The notes beneath the pieces were generated by a model. The model made no database searches. It had not been told where the DNA came from and saw only the letters and a list, made by a program, of their open reading frames with translations. Shown here piece after piece: positions 25,319-33,675 of a DNA stretch of 50,263 nucleotides. The DNA comes from a virus, in IMG/VR virus record IMGVR_UViG_3300029142_000003, positions 1 through 50,263 of that record; one strand, given 5' to 3'. The position numbers were made by a program, and so were the translations under genes. Each line of letters starts with the position of its first letter. The stretch's first letter is position 1.

Positions 25319-25328
25319 AGGATATTAT

Positions 25329-26009
25329 ATGCCATCATTAAAAGCTAACGACTCGAAGAATGCGACAGGTGGTCCTCCTATTGAACCGTTGGAGGCAGGA
25401 ACCTACCCTGCTCGTCTACTTCAGGTGCTTGATCTAGGGCTGCAAGAACAGCGTCCCTATATGGGTGAGGAGAAACCTCCCGCCTATGAAATCAATGTCA
25501 CCTATGAACTGTGTGATGAGTTCCTTAAGGATGAGGACGGAAACGATGACGAGGAGAAGCCTCGTGTTGTGTCCGAACGGTTCAAATTATATCCACTGAA
25601 CTCTGACCGTGCTATCTCTACTAAGAGGTACTTGGCTATTGACCCAGAGGTGAACCATGACAGTGATTGGTTTGCTCTACTCGGTATGCCTGTCAATGTA
25701 TCTATTGTTCAGAACCCTGGTAAAGGGGCTAACGCTGGTAAGGTGTACAACAATGTTGAAAGCACCAGTGTTATGCGAGCTAAGGATGCTGAACGGTACC
25801 CTGAGATGGTGAATGGGGCTAAGACATTCTTGTTGGATGAACCTGATATGGAAGTTTTCGACTCTCTTCCAGACTTCATGAAGAAGATTATCACTTCCAA
25901 TCTGGAGTTTGAGGGTAGCGAGCTACAACGTTTACTTGAAAACTCCCCCAATAAGGGGGAAGAGCCAGCTCCTAATAAGTCAGAGGACGAAGACGAGAAC
26001 CCCTACTAA
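25329..26009 (+). CDS. ssDNA-binding protein (T7 gp2.5-like)
   Basis: 226 aa with an acidic C-terminal tail ending in an aromatic residue (SEDEDENPY). Lies between polymerase and exonuclease genes. Confidence 0.55.
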   Translation: MPSLKANDSKNATGGPPIEPLEAGTYPARLLQVLDLGLQEQRPYMGEEKPPAYEINVTYELCDEFLKDEDGNDDEEKPRVVSERFKLYPLNSDRAISTKRYLAIDPEVNHDSDWFALLGMPVNVSIVQNPGKGANAGKVYNNVESTSVMRAKDAERYPEMVNGAKTFLLDEPDMEVFDSLPDFMKKIITSNLEFEGSELQRLLENSPNKGEEPAPNKSEDEDENPY

Positions 26010-26803
26010 TGAGAGCTTTGATCGATGGAGATATCCTTCGTTATGAAGTAGGTTTCGGTGCGGAGACAGGTTGGAGGGCTATCACGGAGGACCCGGAGGC
26101 CCTCCCTCCTTTCGATTACGTACGAGACATGCTGAACCAACGTATAGGATTTATTCGTGGAGCAACTAAAAGCTCTTTCGCAACAGTCTTTCTAACAGAA
26201 GGGAAAACATTTAGAGACGAGATTGCTTTCACTAAACCCTACAAAGGCACACGACCCGAGAAGAAGCCGTGGCACCACGACAATCTGTCGATGTACATGA
26301 AGGATATCCTGAATGCCGAGGTGATCACAGAGATTGAGGCGGACGATGCTATGGCTATCGAACACCTCAGTTCAGAAGACGAAACTGTCATCTGTTCTCG
26401 TGATAAAGACTTACGGCAAGTCCCAGGTCTATTCTATAGCTGGGAGCTAGGTCGTCAAGCCGAGTTCGGACCTGTTAATATAGATAAGTTCGGATGGATT
26501 GACTATATTAGCAACAAGATCGTAGGTACTGGGTATAAATTCTTTGCCTCTCAGGTTCTCACTGGTGACCCTGTGGACAACATCCCCGGACTGTATGGGT
26601 GTGGTCCTAAAGGAGCCTATGAGGCACTTGAGGAGTTAGAGAACCCGGAGGTAGTGGAAGACAAGCTCATTGATATGTACAAGGAGAAACATCCCGACGA
26701 TTGGGAGCCTTTGTTGACAGAGCAGGCTACTCTCTGTTGGCTGTGTCGTAGGTTTAACGATGAAGGTCATGCTGTAGCCTGGAAGATGGGTGTCTATGAG
26801 TAA
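26009..26803 (+). CDS. 5'-3' exonuclease / flap endonuclease (PIN-like, T7 gp6-type)
   Basis: Motifs LIDGDILRYE, KPYKGTR, EADDAMA, SRDKDLRQVPG and GDPVDNIPGL.GCGPK. Confidence 0.75.
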   Translation: MRALIDGDILRYEVGFGAETGWRAITEDPEALPPFDYVRDMLNQRIGFIRGATKSSFATVFLTEGKTFRDEIAFTKPYKGTRPEKKPWHHDNLSMYMKDILNAEVITEIEADDAMAIEHLSSEDETVICSRDKDLRQVPGLFYSWELGRQAEFGPVNIDKFGWIDYISNKIVGTGYKFFASQVLTGDPVDNIPGLYGCGPKGAYEALEELENPEVVEDKLIDMYKEKHPDDWEPLLTEQATLCWLCRRFNDEGHAVAWKMGVYE

Positions 26804-27266
26804 ACTATTGAATGTACTCAAACTATCTGTCCTGTTTTTTATGCTACTACTTGTCACTGACTGGTATGTCAAAAAGATTATCCCAGAACAAGTGACTGAG
26901 TACGCTCCAGTTCACATCTACTGTGATGATAAGTTTGACCTAGATCAATTGGTTAGATTTATGGAGAGGGATGACAGACCCGATGCTGTATTTGCTACTG
27001 AGTGTACAGTTAACGTAGCATATATGATGAACTATGGTATCGTCAAATATGTATGGGGCACACATGAACCGATCACAGGTGTGACATTCAGAACGTTGAC
27101 AGTAGAGCATCCATTAACCGGGGATATCAACTACGCCATATCCTTCGACCCTGAAAAATTGGAAAAGTTTATTGACGAACAAGAATCCAAAGACAAGGAA
27201 CAGCGGACAATGGACGGAGGCGAGATTCCGTTCCTTCATAAAGGGAGCCTTAAGGTCAGCCTCTAA
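26796..27266 (+). CDS. hypothetical protein with an N-terminal transmembrane helix (156 aa; alternative GTG start 26790)
   Basis: Hydrophobic LSVLFFMLLLVTDWYV. The 3' end overlaps the HNH gene by 95 nt. Confidence 0.5.
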   Translation: MSKLLNVLKLSVLFFMLLLVTDWYVKKIIPEQVTEYAPVHIYCDDKFDLDQLVRFMERDDRPDAVFATECTVNVAYMMNYGIVKYVWGTHEPITGVTFRTLTVEHPLTGDINYAISFDPEKLEKFIDEQESKDKEQRTMDGGEIPFLHKGSLKVSL

Positions 27267-27591
27267 TAGATGGGGTCCTAAGTTTGAAGTGAAGAAAGAG
27301 GCACGCATCAAGCGAGGGGTTTATATGTGTGCTGGCTATAATCGTAAGCCACATGAAACCCCTGCCTCTATGGCACCAAAGAAGGGCAATAAGAAACGAC
27401 GCCAAGTCGCTGTCGATCACATTGATCCAGTGATACCCCCAGAAGGGTTCTCCTCCTGGGATGATACAATCCAAAGAATGTTTTGTGAAAAGGATGGGCT
27501 ACAACTTCTCTGTCCTGATTGTCACGACGAGAAGACAGCCGACGAAAGAAAGGAAAGGAATGGCTCACGGAGAGAACTGGAAGAAAAATAA
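27172..27591 (+). CDS. HNH endonuclease
   Basis: VDHIDPV...LLCPDCHDEKT, plus the conserved N-terminal W..ARFRSFIKGALRSASNRWGPK. Only a TTG start is available upstream of that motif. Confidence 0.7.
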   Translation: MTNKNPKTRNSGQWTEARFRSFIKGALRSASNRWGPKFEVKKEARIKRGVYMCAGYNRKPHETPASMAPKKGNKKRRQVAVDHIDPVIPPEGFSSWDDTIQRMFCEKDGLQLLCPDCHDEKTADERKERNGSRRELEEK

Positions 27592-27826
27592 TCCTTTTAA
27601 GTTCGCTGCCTGGGAGATGGCTCAAGTGTTTGAGCACAACTCTGATGGCGAAGGTAGTGTGACTGAGGAGGGCATGGTCCTTTTGATCTCCCTCTTTGGT
27701 AACGTTGACCGAGAAGATAGGGCACTGGTATTCACCTTGTTCCTTGACGAACTTAATGAAAGAGGTCTCGACTATGACACCTCGAAGTTCTATATCAAAA
27801 GGGAAGACGTCCCTGTAATGCATTAA
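27560..27826 (+). CDS. hypothetical protein (88 aa; the track start at 27461 is less likely)
   Basis: ATG preceded by AAGGAAAGGA. Confidence 0.5.
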   Translation: MAHGENWKKNNPFKFAAWEMAQVFEHNSDGEGSVTEEGMVLLISLFGNVDREDRALVFTLFLDELNERGLDYDTSKFYIKREDVPVMH

Positions 27827-27834
27827 GGAATTGT

Positions 27835-28593
27835 ATGACAAAACATCTAGTTATTCCTGACGCCCATGCTCACCCAGATTTTCATAACGATAGGTTCGAA
27901 TGGCTGGGGGAGCTAGTGGCGGATGAAAAACCTGATGTCGTTATCTGTATAGGGGACTGGGCAGACATGCCCAGCCTCTGTACTTACGACAAAGGTTCAA
28001 AGGGGTATGAAGAGAGGCGATATGCGGATGATGTCGAAGCTTCGGTCGATGCTCAACAACGTTTTTTCAAGCCGATCAGACGTGCTAAACGAAAGCTTCC
28101 GAGATTCATTATACTGGAAGGTAACCACGAACACCGTATCAAACGAGCTATCTCTACGAACGCGGTTCAACTTGAAGGGGTTATCTCACCTGACGATCTC
28201 CTGTACCGCAAATTTGGGTGGGAATATGTGGAGTACGAAGGCTCAACGCCTGGAGTTATTGAAGTTGATGGCATTTCATATGCTCACTACTTCCCTTCGG
28301 GAGTCATGGGCAGGCCAATTGGAGGGGTCAACCCAGCTTATCAGCTTGTGGTCAAGTATGGAACATCCTGCACTCAAGGGCACATTCATACCTTTGCTTA
28401 TTACCATCGAGGAAACACCGTCAACGAATGCAGCGGATGTGTGGTCGGGGTTTACCAAGACTACGACTCGGACTATGCAGGCTTAGCTAATGATATGTGG
28501 TGGCGTGGTGTAGTTGTTAAAGACAACGTCCGTGATGGTTCATATGATCTACGACAGATCAGCTTAGATACAATTAGGAGTAAGTATGCCTGA
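27835..28593 (+). CDS. metallophosphoesterase (calcineurin-like)
   Basis: Motifs IPDAHAHP, GDWADM and EGNHEHR. Confidence 0.75.
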   Translation: MTKHLVIPDAHAHPDFHNDRFEWLGELVADEKPDVVICIGDWADMPSLCTYDKGSKGYEERRYADDVEASVDAQQRFFKPIRRAKRKLPRFIILEGNHEHRIKRAISTNAVQLEGVISPDDLLYRKFGWEYVEYEGSTPGVIEVDGISYAHYFPSGVMGRPIGGVNPAYQLVVKYGTSCTQGHIHTFAYYHRGNTVNECSGCVVGVYQDYDSDYAGLANDMWWRGVVVKDNVRDGSYDLRQISLDTIRSKYA

Positions 28594-28801
28594 CGATAAT
28601 GTAATTAATTTCTCTGATCATCAACCCCCTCAGCTTCCTTTACGTAAGTTCAATGTGATCACATCTAATGGTGTGGTAACTGTTGAAGCCCACATTGCTA
28701 CTCTACATGAAGGCCAGTTGATGTTTGTCAAGGACGATTTGCTGTCGTGTGGTTTCAGTGAAGGCAACTGGTCAGATTTTCAGCAGGTGAAAGATGACTG
28801 A
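28586..28801 (+). CDS. hypothetical protein (71 aa)
   Basis: Packed same-strand ORF overlapping its neighbours by a few nt. Confidence 0.5.
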   Translation: MPDDNVINFSDHQPPQLPLRKFNVITSNGVVTVEAHIATLHEGQLMFVKDDLLSCGFSEGNWSDFQQVKDD

Positions 28802-28982
28802 AGATCAAGCAGCAGCAATGACGTCTATGCTGCAACTGATCGCTAAGCAGCAACGGACAATTATACAAGGTCTGGATAAAATTTACAACAAACAACTTGA
28901 TACGGAGAAGCTATTAAATGAACCAGTTGGAATTATACCCGGACCTGGAGACTTCGAACCCCAAGGACAGACTGGGGGTTAA
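28794..28982 (+). CDS. hypothetical protein (62 aa)
   Basis: Packed same-strand ORF. Its 3' end overlaps the next gene by 65 nt, so one of the two boundaries is uncertain. Confidence 0.4.
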   Translation: MTEDQAAAMTSMLQLIAKQQRTIIQGLDKIYNKQLDTEKLLNEPVGIIPGPGDFEPQGQTGG

Positions 28983-29367
28983 GAAGGTATCTATGGCCTG
29001 TGTTCCAGCGCCAGTGTTGATGGAGATGTCCCTAGCCCTCATGGAGGGGGCTAGGAAATACGGTAGACATAATTACCGTAAGTCGCCTGTCTTAGCTAGT
29101 ATCTATTACGATGCAGCAATGCGTCATATCATGGCTTGGTGGGAAGGGGAAGAGTTCGCTAAAGATAGTGGTATGCATCACTTGGCCCACGCTATGGCAT
29201 GTCTTGCTATTATTCGTGACACTACATTACAAGGAACTTTTATTGATGACAGACCACCGACATCTCCAGACTATTGGATGACAATCATGAATGAACAGGT
29301 GGAGGACCTGTTAGAAAAGTATCCTGATTGCGAACCTCCTGTAACTAATAATAATAAGGACGACTAA
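28918..29367 (+). CDS. all-alpha dNTP pyrophosphohydrolase domain protein (dATP/dGTP diphosphohydrolase-like, DUF5664-type)
   Basis: SNPKD..G.KK.....VP......LALMEGARKYGRHNYR and HLAHAMACL match my recollection of this phage family. Confidence 0.55.
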   Translation: MNQLELYPDLETSNPKDRLGVKKVSMACVPAPVLMEMSLALMEGARKYGRHNYRKSPVLASIYYDAAMRHIMAWWEGEEFAKDSGMHHLAHAMACLAIIRDTTLQGTFIDDRPPTSPDYWMTIMNEQVEDLLEKYPDCEPPVTNNNKDD

Positions 29368-31052
29368 TGTACGGACCACAAACTGAGATAGGCCAATGGA
29401 TACATCAATGGAAGTATCGTGGTGAGGGAGAACTCTTTGGAGAATACGCTAACCGAGTTGCCAGCTCCTTGCAAGACAACCCTGACCACTTCAGACAGCT
29501 CAGGGAGATTCTCAGAGACCAACGCTTCCTACCAGGAGGGCGTATTCAGAGCGCAATGGGATCACCCCGTCAAGCTACACCATATAACTGTTTCGTTATG
29601 GACACGCTAGACGATAGTATCGAAAGTATACTCGATGTCTTTGCAGACAGCATCGAGACTATGCGGAGGGGAGGGGGAGTTGGTTATGACTTCTCCCCTC
29701 TCCGCCCTTTTGGGGACAGGATCAAGTCCCTAGACAGTATTGCCAGCGGACCAGTATCCTTCATGGGTATTTATGACGCTGGCTGTAAGACGGTGTCGTC
29801 GGCAGGTCATAGGCGTGGAGCACAGATGGCTGTTCTCAGGGTTGATCACCCGGATATTGAGAAGTTCATCAACTCTAAGCAAAACACCACTGACCTAACT
29901 GCTTTCAATATCTCCGTTGCAGTAACCGACGAATTTATGGAGGCAGTGGAGAAAGGTACAGAATACCAGCTACAGTTTAACGGGGAACCTCGTGGCAAGA
30001 TCGATGCCCGTAACCTATGGGATAAGATCATGAGGTCCACTTGGGATTGGGCTGAGCCTGGAGTGCTGTTCATCGACCAGATCAATCGCATGAACAATCT
30101 GTACTACTGTGAGTACATCGCAGCGACTAACCCTTGCGGTGAGCAGCCACTGCCTCCCAATGGAGCATGTCTGTTGGGGAGTTTCAACCTCGTTAAGTAT
30201 ATTACAGACAAGGGGTTCAGCTTCTCTGACTTTAAACATGACATAGAACCTGTTGTGAGGGCCATGGACAACGTTGTAGACCGAGCCCAGTACCCTCTTA
30301 GGGCACAAGAGGAAGAGGCTCTCAGCAAGCGTCGTATGGGCTTGGGAGTGACAGGTCTGGCTAACGCTGGGGAGGTGTTAGGTCATGAGTATGGCAGTAA
30401 AGAGTTCATCATGTTCACTAAAGAGGTGATGACCATACTCAGGAACGAGTGCTATATGTCTAGTGTTCGTATCGCTAAGAACAAAGGACCGTTCCCACTA
30501 TATGATAGGGATAAATATTGTGATGGAGAATTCTTCAAAACTTTGCCAAAGCGTATCAGAGATAGCATCTATGATTATGGTATCAGAAACTCTCATCTTA
30601 TTTCTATTGCTCCTACAGGCACTATCAGCATTGCTGCTGATAATGTCTCCAGTGGCATTGAGCCTGTATTTAGTCTACGCTATGATAGGACCATTCAAAC
30701 TGAAACGGGATCAAAGGTTGTCCCAGTTGAAGACTATGCCCACAGAGTATACGGAGTGGTAGGGAGAACATCAGGCGAATGCACAGCCGATGATCACCTC
30801 AATGTTCTCCTCGCTGTCCAACCGTTTGTAGATAGCGCATGTTCTAAGACTTGTAACGTATCCCCTGATATGCCATACCCAGACTTCAAAGAGATTTATA
30901 TGAAGGCTTGGAAAGGCGGAGCTAAGGGATGCACTACGTTTAACCCAGGTGGCAAGAGGTTCGGTGTCCTACAAGCACCAGTTGATAAGGCTGAAGAGGA
31001 ACCACTTGCTTGCTACGTTGACCCTGCTACAGGGGAAAGGAGTTGTGAATAA
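29367..31052 (+). CDS. nrdJ: ribonucleotide reductase, single-chain, probably class II (B12-dependent)
   Basis: Motifs RFLPGGR, NCFV, GGGVGYDFS.LRP, SGPVSFM, RRGAQMAVL, NPCGEQPL and IAPTGTIS. C-terminal Cys pair. No beta subunit gene in the genome. Confidence 0.75.
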   Translation: MYGPQTEIGQWIHQWKYRGEGELFGEYANRVASSLQDNPDHFRQLREILRDQRFLPGGRIQSAMGSPRQATPYNCFVMDTLDDSIESILDVFADSIETMRRGGGVGYDFSPLRPFGDRIKSLDSIASGPVSFMGIYDAGCKTVSSAGHRRGAQMAVLRVDHPDIEKFINSKQNTTDLTAFNISVAVTDEFMEAVEKGTEYQLQFNGEPRGKIDARNLWDKIMRSTWDWAEPGVLFIDQINRMNNLYYCEYIAATNPCGEQPLPPNGACLLGSFNLVKYITDKGFSFSDFKHDIEPVVRAMDNVVDRAQYPLRAQEEEALSKRRMGLGVTGLANAGEVLGHEYGSKEFIMFTKEVMTILRNECYMSSVRIAKNKGPFPLYDRDKYCDGEFFKTLPKRIRDSIYDYGIRNSHLISIAPTGTISIAADNVSSGIEPVFSLRYDRTIQTETGSKVVPVEDYAHRVYGVVGRTSGECTADDHLNVLLAVQPFVDSACSKTCNVSPDMPYPDFKEIYMKAWKGGAKGCTTFNPGGKRFGVLQAPVDKAEEEPLACYVDPATGERSCE

Positions 31053-31216
31053 TGAAAGGTTCACTAGGTACTGCTAAGTTCCTCGGGTATTTCTGGGGAG
31101 CTAAATACGATTTCTTCAGTTGGAAGATGGGCTTTGATGCCTGCCGGAACCCTACTAAATTTCGTATCCATCTGTTACCACTAATTCTATTTGTTGAGAA
31201 GGACCCTCTTGGATGA
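31052..31216 (+). CDS. hypothetical small protein (54 aa), below the ORF-track cutoff
   Basis: TAATG coupling to the RNR gene and ATGA coupling to the next gene. Confidence 0.45.
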   Translation: MKGSLGTAKFLGYFWGAKYDFFSWKMGFDACRNPTKFRIHLLPLILFVEKDPLG

Positions 31217-31422
31217 CACAGTCTTCATTCGGAGACTGGCGAATCCGACTAGGTATTGTTCTTGGCATATTAGTATTCTGCTTCTGGGTTGTAGCTGAGA
31301 ACATCCTCTACCCAGGAACTGAAGCCTCGGTACACGCACCAGAAGCTTGGTGGACCATCCGTCTCACGATGGTATGTATGCTTGGTGCTGCTGTATTGAG
31401 CGATAAATTGAAAGGACAGTAA
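31213..31422 (+). CDS. small membrane protein (69 aa, two hydrophobic helices)
   Basis: LGIVLGILVFCFWVVA and LTMVCMLGAAVL. Confidence 0.55.
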   Translation: MTQSSFGDWRIRLGIVLGILVFCFWVVAENILYPGTEASVHAPEAWWTIRLTMVCMLGAAVLSDKLKGQ

Positions 31423-31571
31423 TGAGTAGTAGACCGGAATGTAACTTTTGTTATGAACGCATATCTATGGGGACTTGTGCTTGCGGTAATCCCAGGTTTG
31501 GAGAACTGAGTAAAGAAGAAAAGAAAGCCCAGAAGAAGTGGTTCAAAGAACGTAACATTCGGTTTAAATAA
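31422..31571 (+). CDS. small Cys-rich basic protein (49 aa), below the ORF-track cutoff
   Basis: TAATG coupling. CNFC...CAC pattern followed by a lysine-rich tail. Last gene before the terminator. Confidence 0.45.
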   Translation: MSSRPECNFCYERISMGTCACGNPRFGELSKEEKKAQKKWFKERNIRFK

Positions 31572-31612
31572 AAAAGCCCCCTAGGGATTTCTCCTTAGGG
31601 GGCTTTAGTTTT
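31571..31612. terminator. bidirectional rho-independent terminator at the convergence of the two arms
   Basis: GCCCCCTAGGGA / TCCTTAGGGGGC stem (one mismatch), TTTC loop. AAAAA on the left and TTTAGTTTT on the right. Confidence 0.85.
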
Positions 31613-31628
31613 GTCTACCAGTTTCTTC

Positions 31629-32063
31629 TTATGCGTTCTTCACCATACTGGCACCGAAGTACAGTCCTACGATAGCACTGACTAGGTGAGTATCCAGAGG
31701 GGTGATAACTAAGCCAGAGGCTGGACGCCATTTAATGACATCTGCACCATCGGTGAATGGCCAGAACCCTGGGTTAAACTCTGTGTACCCTACAAGTACC
31801 AGAACTTCAGGGTTCCAAATAGCCACCAGCTTTGGCAAGACAATGATGGCAAACACTGAGGACAGGGCTATCAGCCTACGTGTAAACTGAAAGCCCTTGT
31901 CCTTGTATTCACGGGCTTCTTGAATGGCCTTTGATCTAGCGGCCAGCCCTTTGATCATCCACTCTTGCTGGGCCTGCTTGTACTTCATCTTCAATGACCA
32001 CAAGGTCATGAAGGCTGACAGTAGTCCAGACCCCACCATTGTTAACAGTTCAAGAGGGATCAC
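31629..32063 (-). CDS. membrane protein with about three transmembrane helices; holin candidate
   Basis: Last gene of the late arm. Hydrophobic spans at the N-terminus, middle and C-terminus. Function inferred from position only. Confidence 0.35.
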   Translation of the reverse strand: MIPLELLTMVGSGLLSAFMTLWSLKMKYKQAQQEWMIKGLAARSKAIQEAREYKDKGFQFTRRLIALSSVFAIIVLPKLVAIWNPEVLVLVGYTEFNPGFWPFTDGADVIKWRPASGLVITPLDTHLVSAIVGLYFGASMVKNA

Positions 32064-32073
32064 CGTCTACTCC

Positions 32074-32322
32074 TTATGCGTCGTCGCCATCCTCAGGCTG
32101 GCCATCAGCATCATCAGCCGTGTTGAAACACAGCGGATACTCAACGACCGAACCAGGATCACAGAACTTATCCATTTCAGCCTGATTGTAAGTCGTGTCA
32201 ACGTAACCTACAACCTTGCCCTTGTCATCAGTAACTTCGTACTGACCGGGAGCCAGCGGTTCAGGCACAAGCTGACCGAAGGCTACGAACAGCGCGATAA
32301 ACGCTGCACCAACTGCACTCAT
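32074..32322 (-). CDS. hypothetical protein (82 aa) with an N-terminal hydrophobic anchor and an acidic tail
   Basis: AVGAAFIALFVAFGQLV. Packed in the operon. Confidence 0.45.
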   Translation of the reverse strand: MSAVGAAFIALFVAFGQLVPEPLAPGQYEVTDDKGKVVGYVDTTYNQAEMDKFCDPGSVVEYPLCFNTADDADGQPEDGDDA

Positions 32323-32332
32323 AACAATACTC

Positions 32333-33667
32333 CTACTGTTTGATAATAAACCTCAAAGCCAACCAAGGTGGCAGGTTAGCGTCTGTAGCAGACGAACCTG
32401 TGCTTGCTGTTGCTCCTGAGATCGTGTGTGTATGAGACCCTCCAGAATTAGTGCCAGACGGAAAAGCTTGAGAGCTATCCGATGCTACACCAGCGCCAAG
32501 CGAACCTCCGCCTGATGCAATGTAAGAAGCTGAAGGGAATGTAATAGTATGGGTGTGTGCTCCACCTGAAGCAGCGGCTAGTGTACCAGGATCATGAGTG
32601 TGAGCCACTACGATAGCATCAGCGCTGCCGCCTGTGTCACCATGAGTCTCGGTACCAGTGCCTATCACAGCCCTCCTATTTGGGTCGGGCATTGTTATTG
32701 TTTTATTAGCTGCCCAGTCTGCTGCTGCATTTGCTCCACGGCCTCCTGATACAGGAGCCTCGCTGTCAGTCATACTGTCATAGATGAGAGTGAAGAGGGA
32801 TTCGTTGCTATCACTATTCTGTGTAGCAGCGGATGCAGCAGAACCAATCGTGTCACCGTTGAACAAGAGCCAGCCACTAGGAGCTGTGCTGCCTACATAT
32901 GGCATCACAACACCAGTGGGGAAGGAGTCACCTGAACTTAAACCTGTCAGGGCTGATCCATCCAGAGCTGGCAAGGCTCCACCGGATTGAACTTCAACGA
33001 CGTTACCAACGCTAGTACCAGTATCTTTAGTAGCAGACGTACCAGCGTCAGAGATATCACTCATAGTGAGCGTTTGAAAGTCAAACGTACCACTGTTAGC
33101 TTGAAGAACTTTACCATTGTCAGCCGGATCAGACACTGACAATGTATTAGTTAAGGTACTTACTTGCACGTTCTCCAGTGCTGTAGCAGCTGAGTTCCAT
33201 CTCACCATAGCAAGGGCTGATGGTGTGGGGAAATCAAAGCTGGCTGATCCAGTGTAGGACACAGGCACTTTGATGGCTCGATCAAGTTCCTCCTGCTGTT
33301 GCAGGTCAATCATGATGAACTTATCGAACTGACGTTCCTGTGTCTCGGGGTTATACTCCCCCTTATTGGTGAGGTCAGTCATCTGCTCGATGGTAAGCAG
33401 GCGTTTGACCGTGATAGTAGAGCCAGTAGCTAAGGCTGTGCCTAGCGTGGCTGGGTATGTAATCGACCCGCTACCTGGGTAAGAGGCAACGGTCACGCTG
33501 TAGTTGCTAGTGCCAGTACCCTTGGAGATAGTAGTCTCCACACCATTGGAGTCTGTCACTACAACAGATAGATCATCTTCGCTAGTGATCACAAACGAGA
33601 AAGGAAATGACGTAGTCGAGTCATTACCATTCGATACAACCTTTTGAAGCTGTGTTTCTACAGTCAT
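32333..33667 (-). CDS. tail fibre protein with a phage tail collar-type domain
   Basis: GVVMPYVGSTAPSGWLLFNGD, repeated H-T-H-containing Gly/Ser-rich segments, and C-terminal NLPPWLALRFII. Confidence 0.7.
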   Translation of the reverse strand: MTVETQLQKVVSNGNDSTTSFPFSFVITSEDDLSVVVTDSNGVETTISKGTGTSNYSVTVASYPGSGSITYPATLGTALATGSTITVKRLLTIEQMTDLTNKGEYNPETQERQFDKFIMIDLQQQEELDRAIKVPVSYTGSASFDFPTPSALAMVRWNSAATALENVQVSTLTNTLSVSDPADNGKVLQANSGTFDFQTLTMSDISDAGTSATKDTGTSVGNVVEVQSGGALPALDGSALTGLSSGDSFPTGVVMPYVGSTAPSGWLLFNGDTIGSAASAATQNSDSNESLFTLIYDSMTDSEAPVSGGRGANAAADWAANKTITMPDPNRRAVIGTGTETHGDTGGSADAIVVAHTHDPGTLAAASGGAHTHTITFPSASYIASGGGSLGAGVASDSSQAFPSGTNSGGSHTHTISGATASTGSSATDANLPPWLALRFIIKQ

Positions 33668-33675
33668 TTCACTTC

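Noticed and set aside
25012-25338. 108-aa minus-strand ORF
   Set aside because: It overlaps both the tRNA and the plus-strand HTH gene, so it is an antisense artefact.
28918-31052. A non-canonical purine (Z-type) genome, inferred from the dATP/dGTP diphosphohydrolase-like gene
   Set aside because: No PurZ-like adenylosuccinate synthetase homologue, dATPase (HD) or other replacement-base gene is visible among the ORFs. The gene alone is insufficient evidence.
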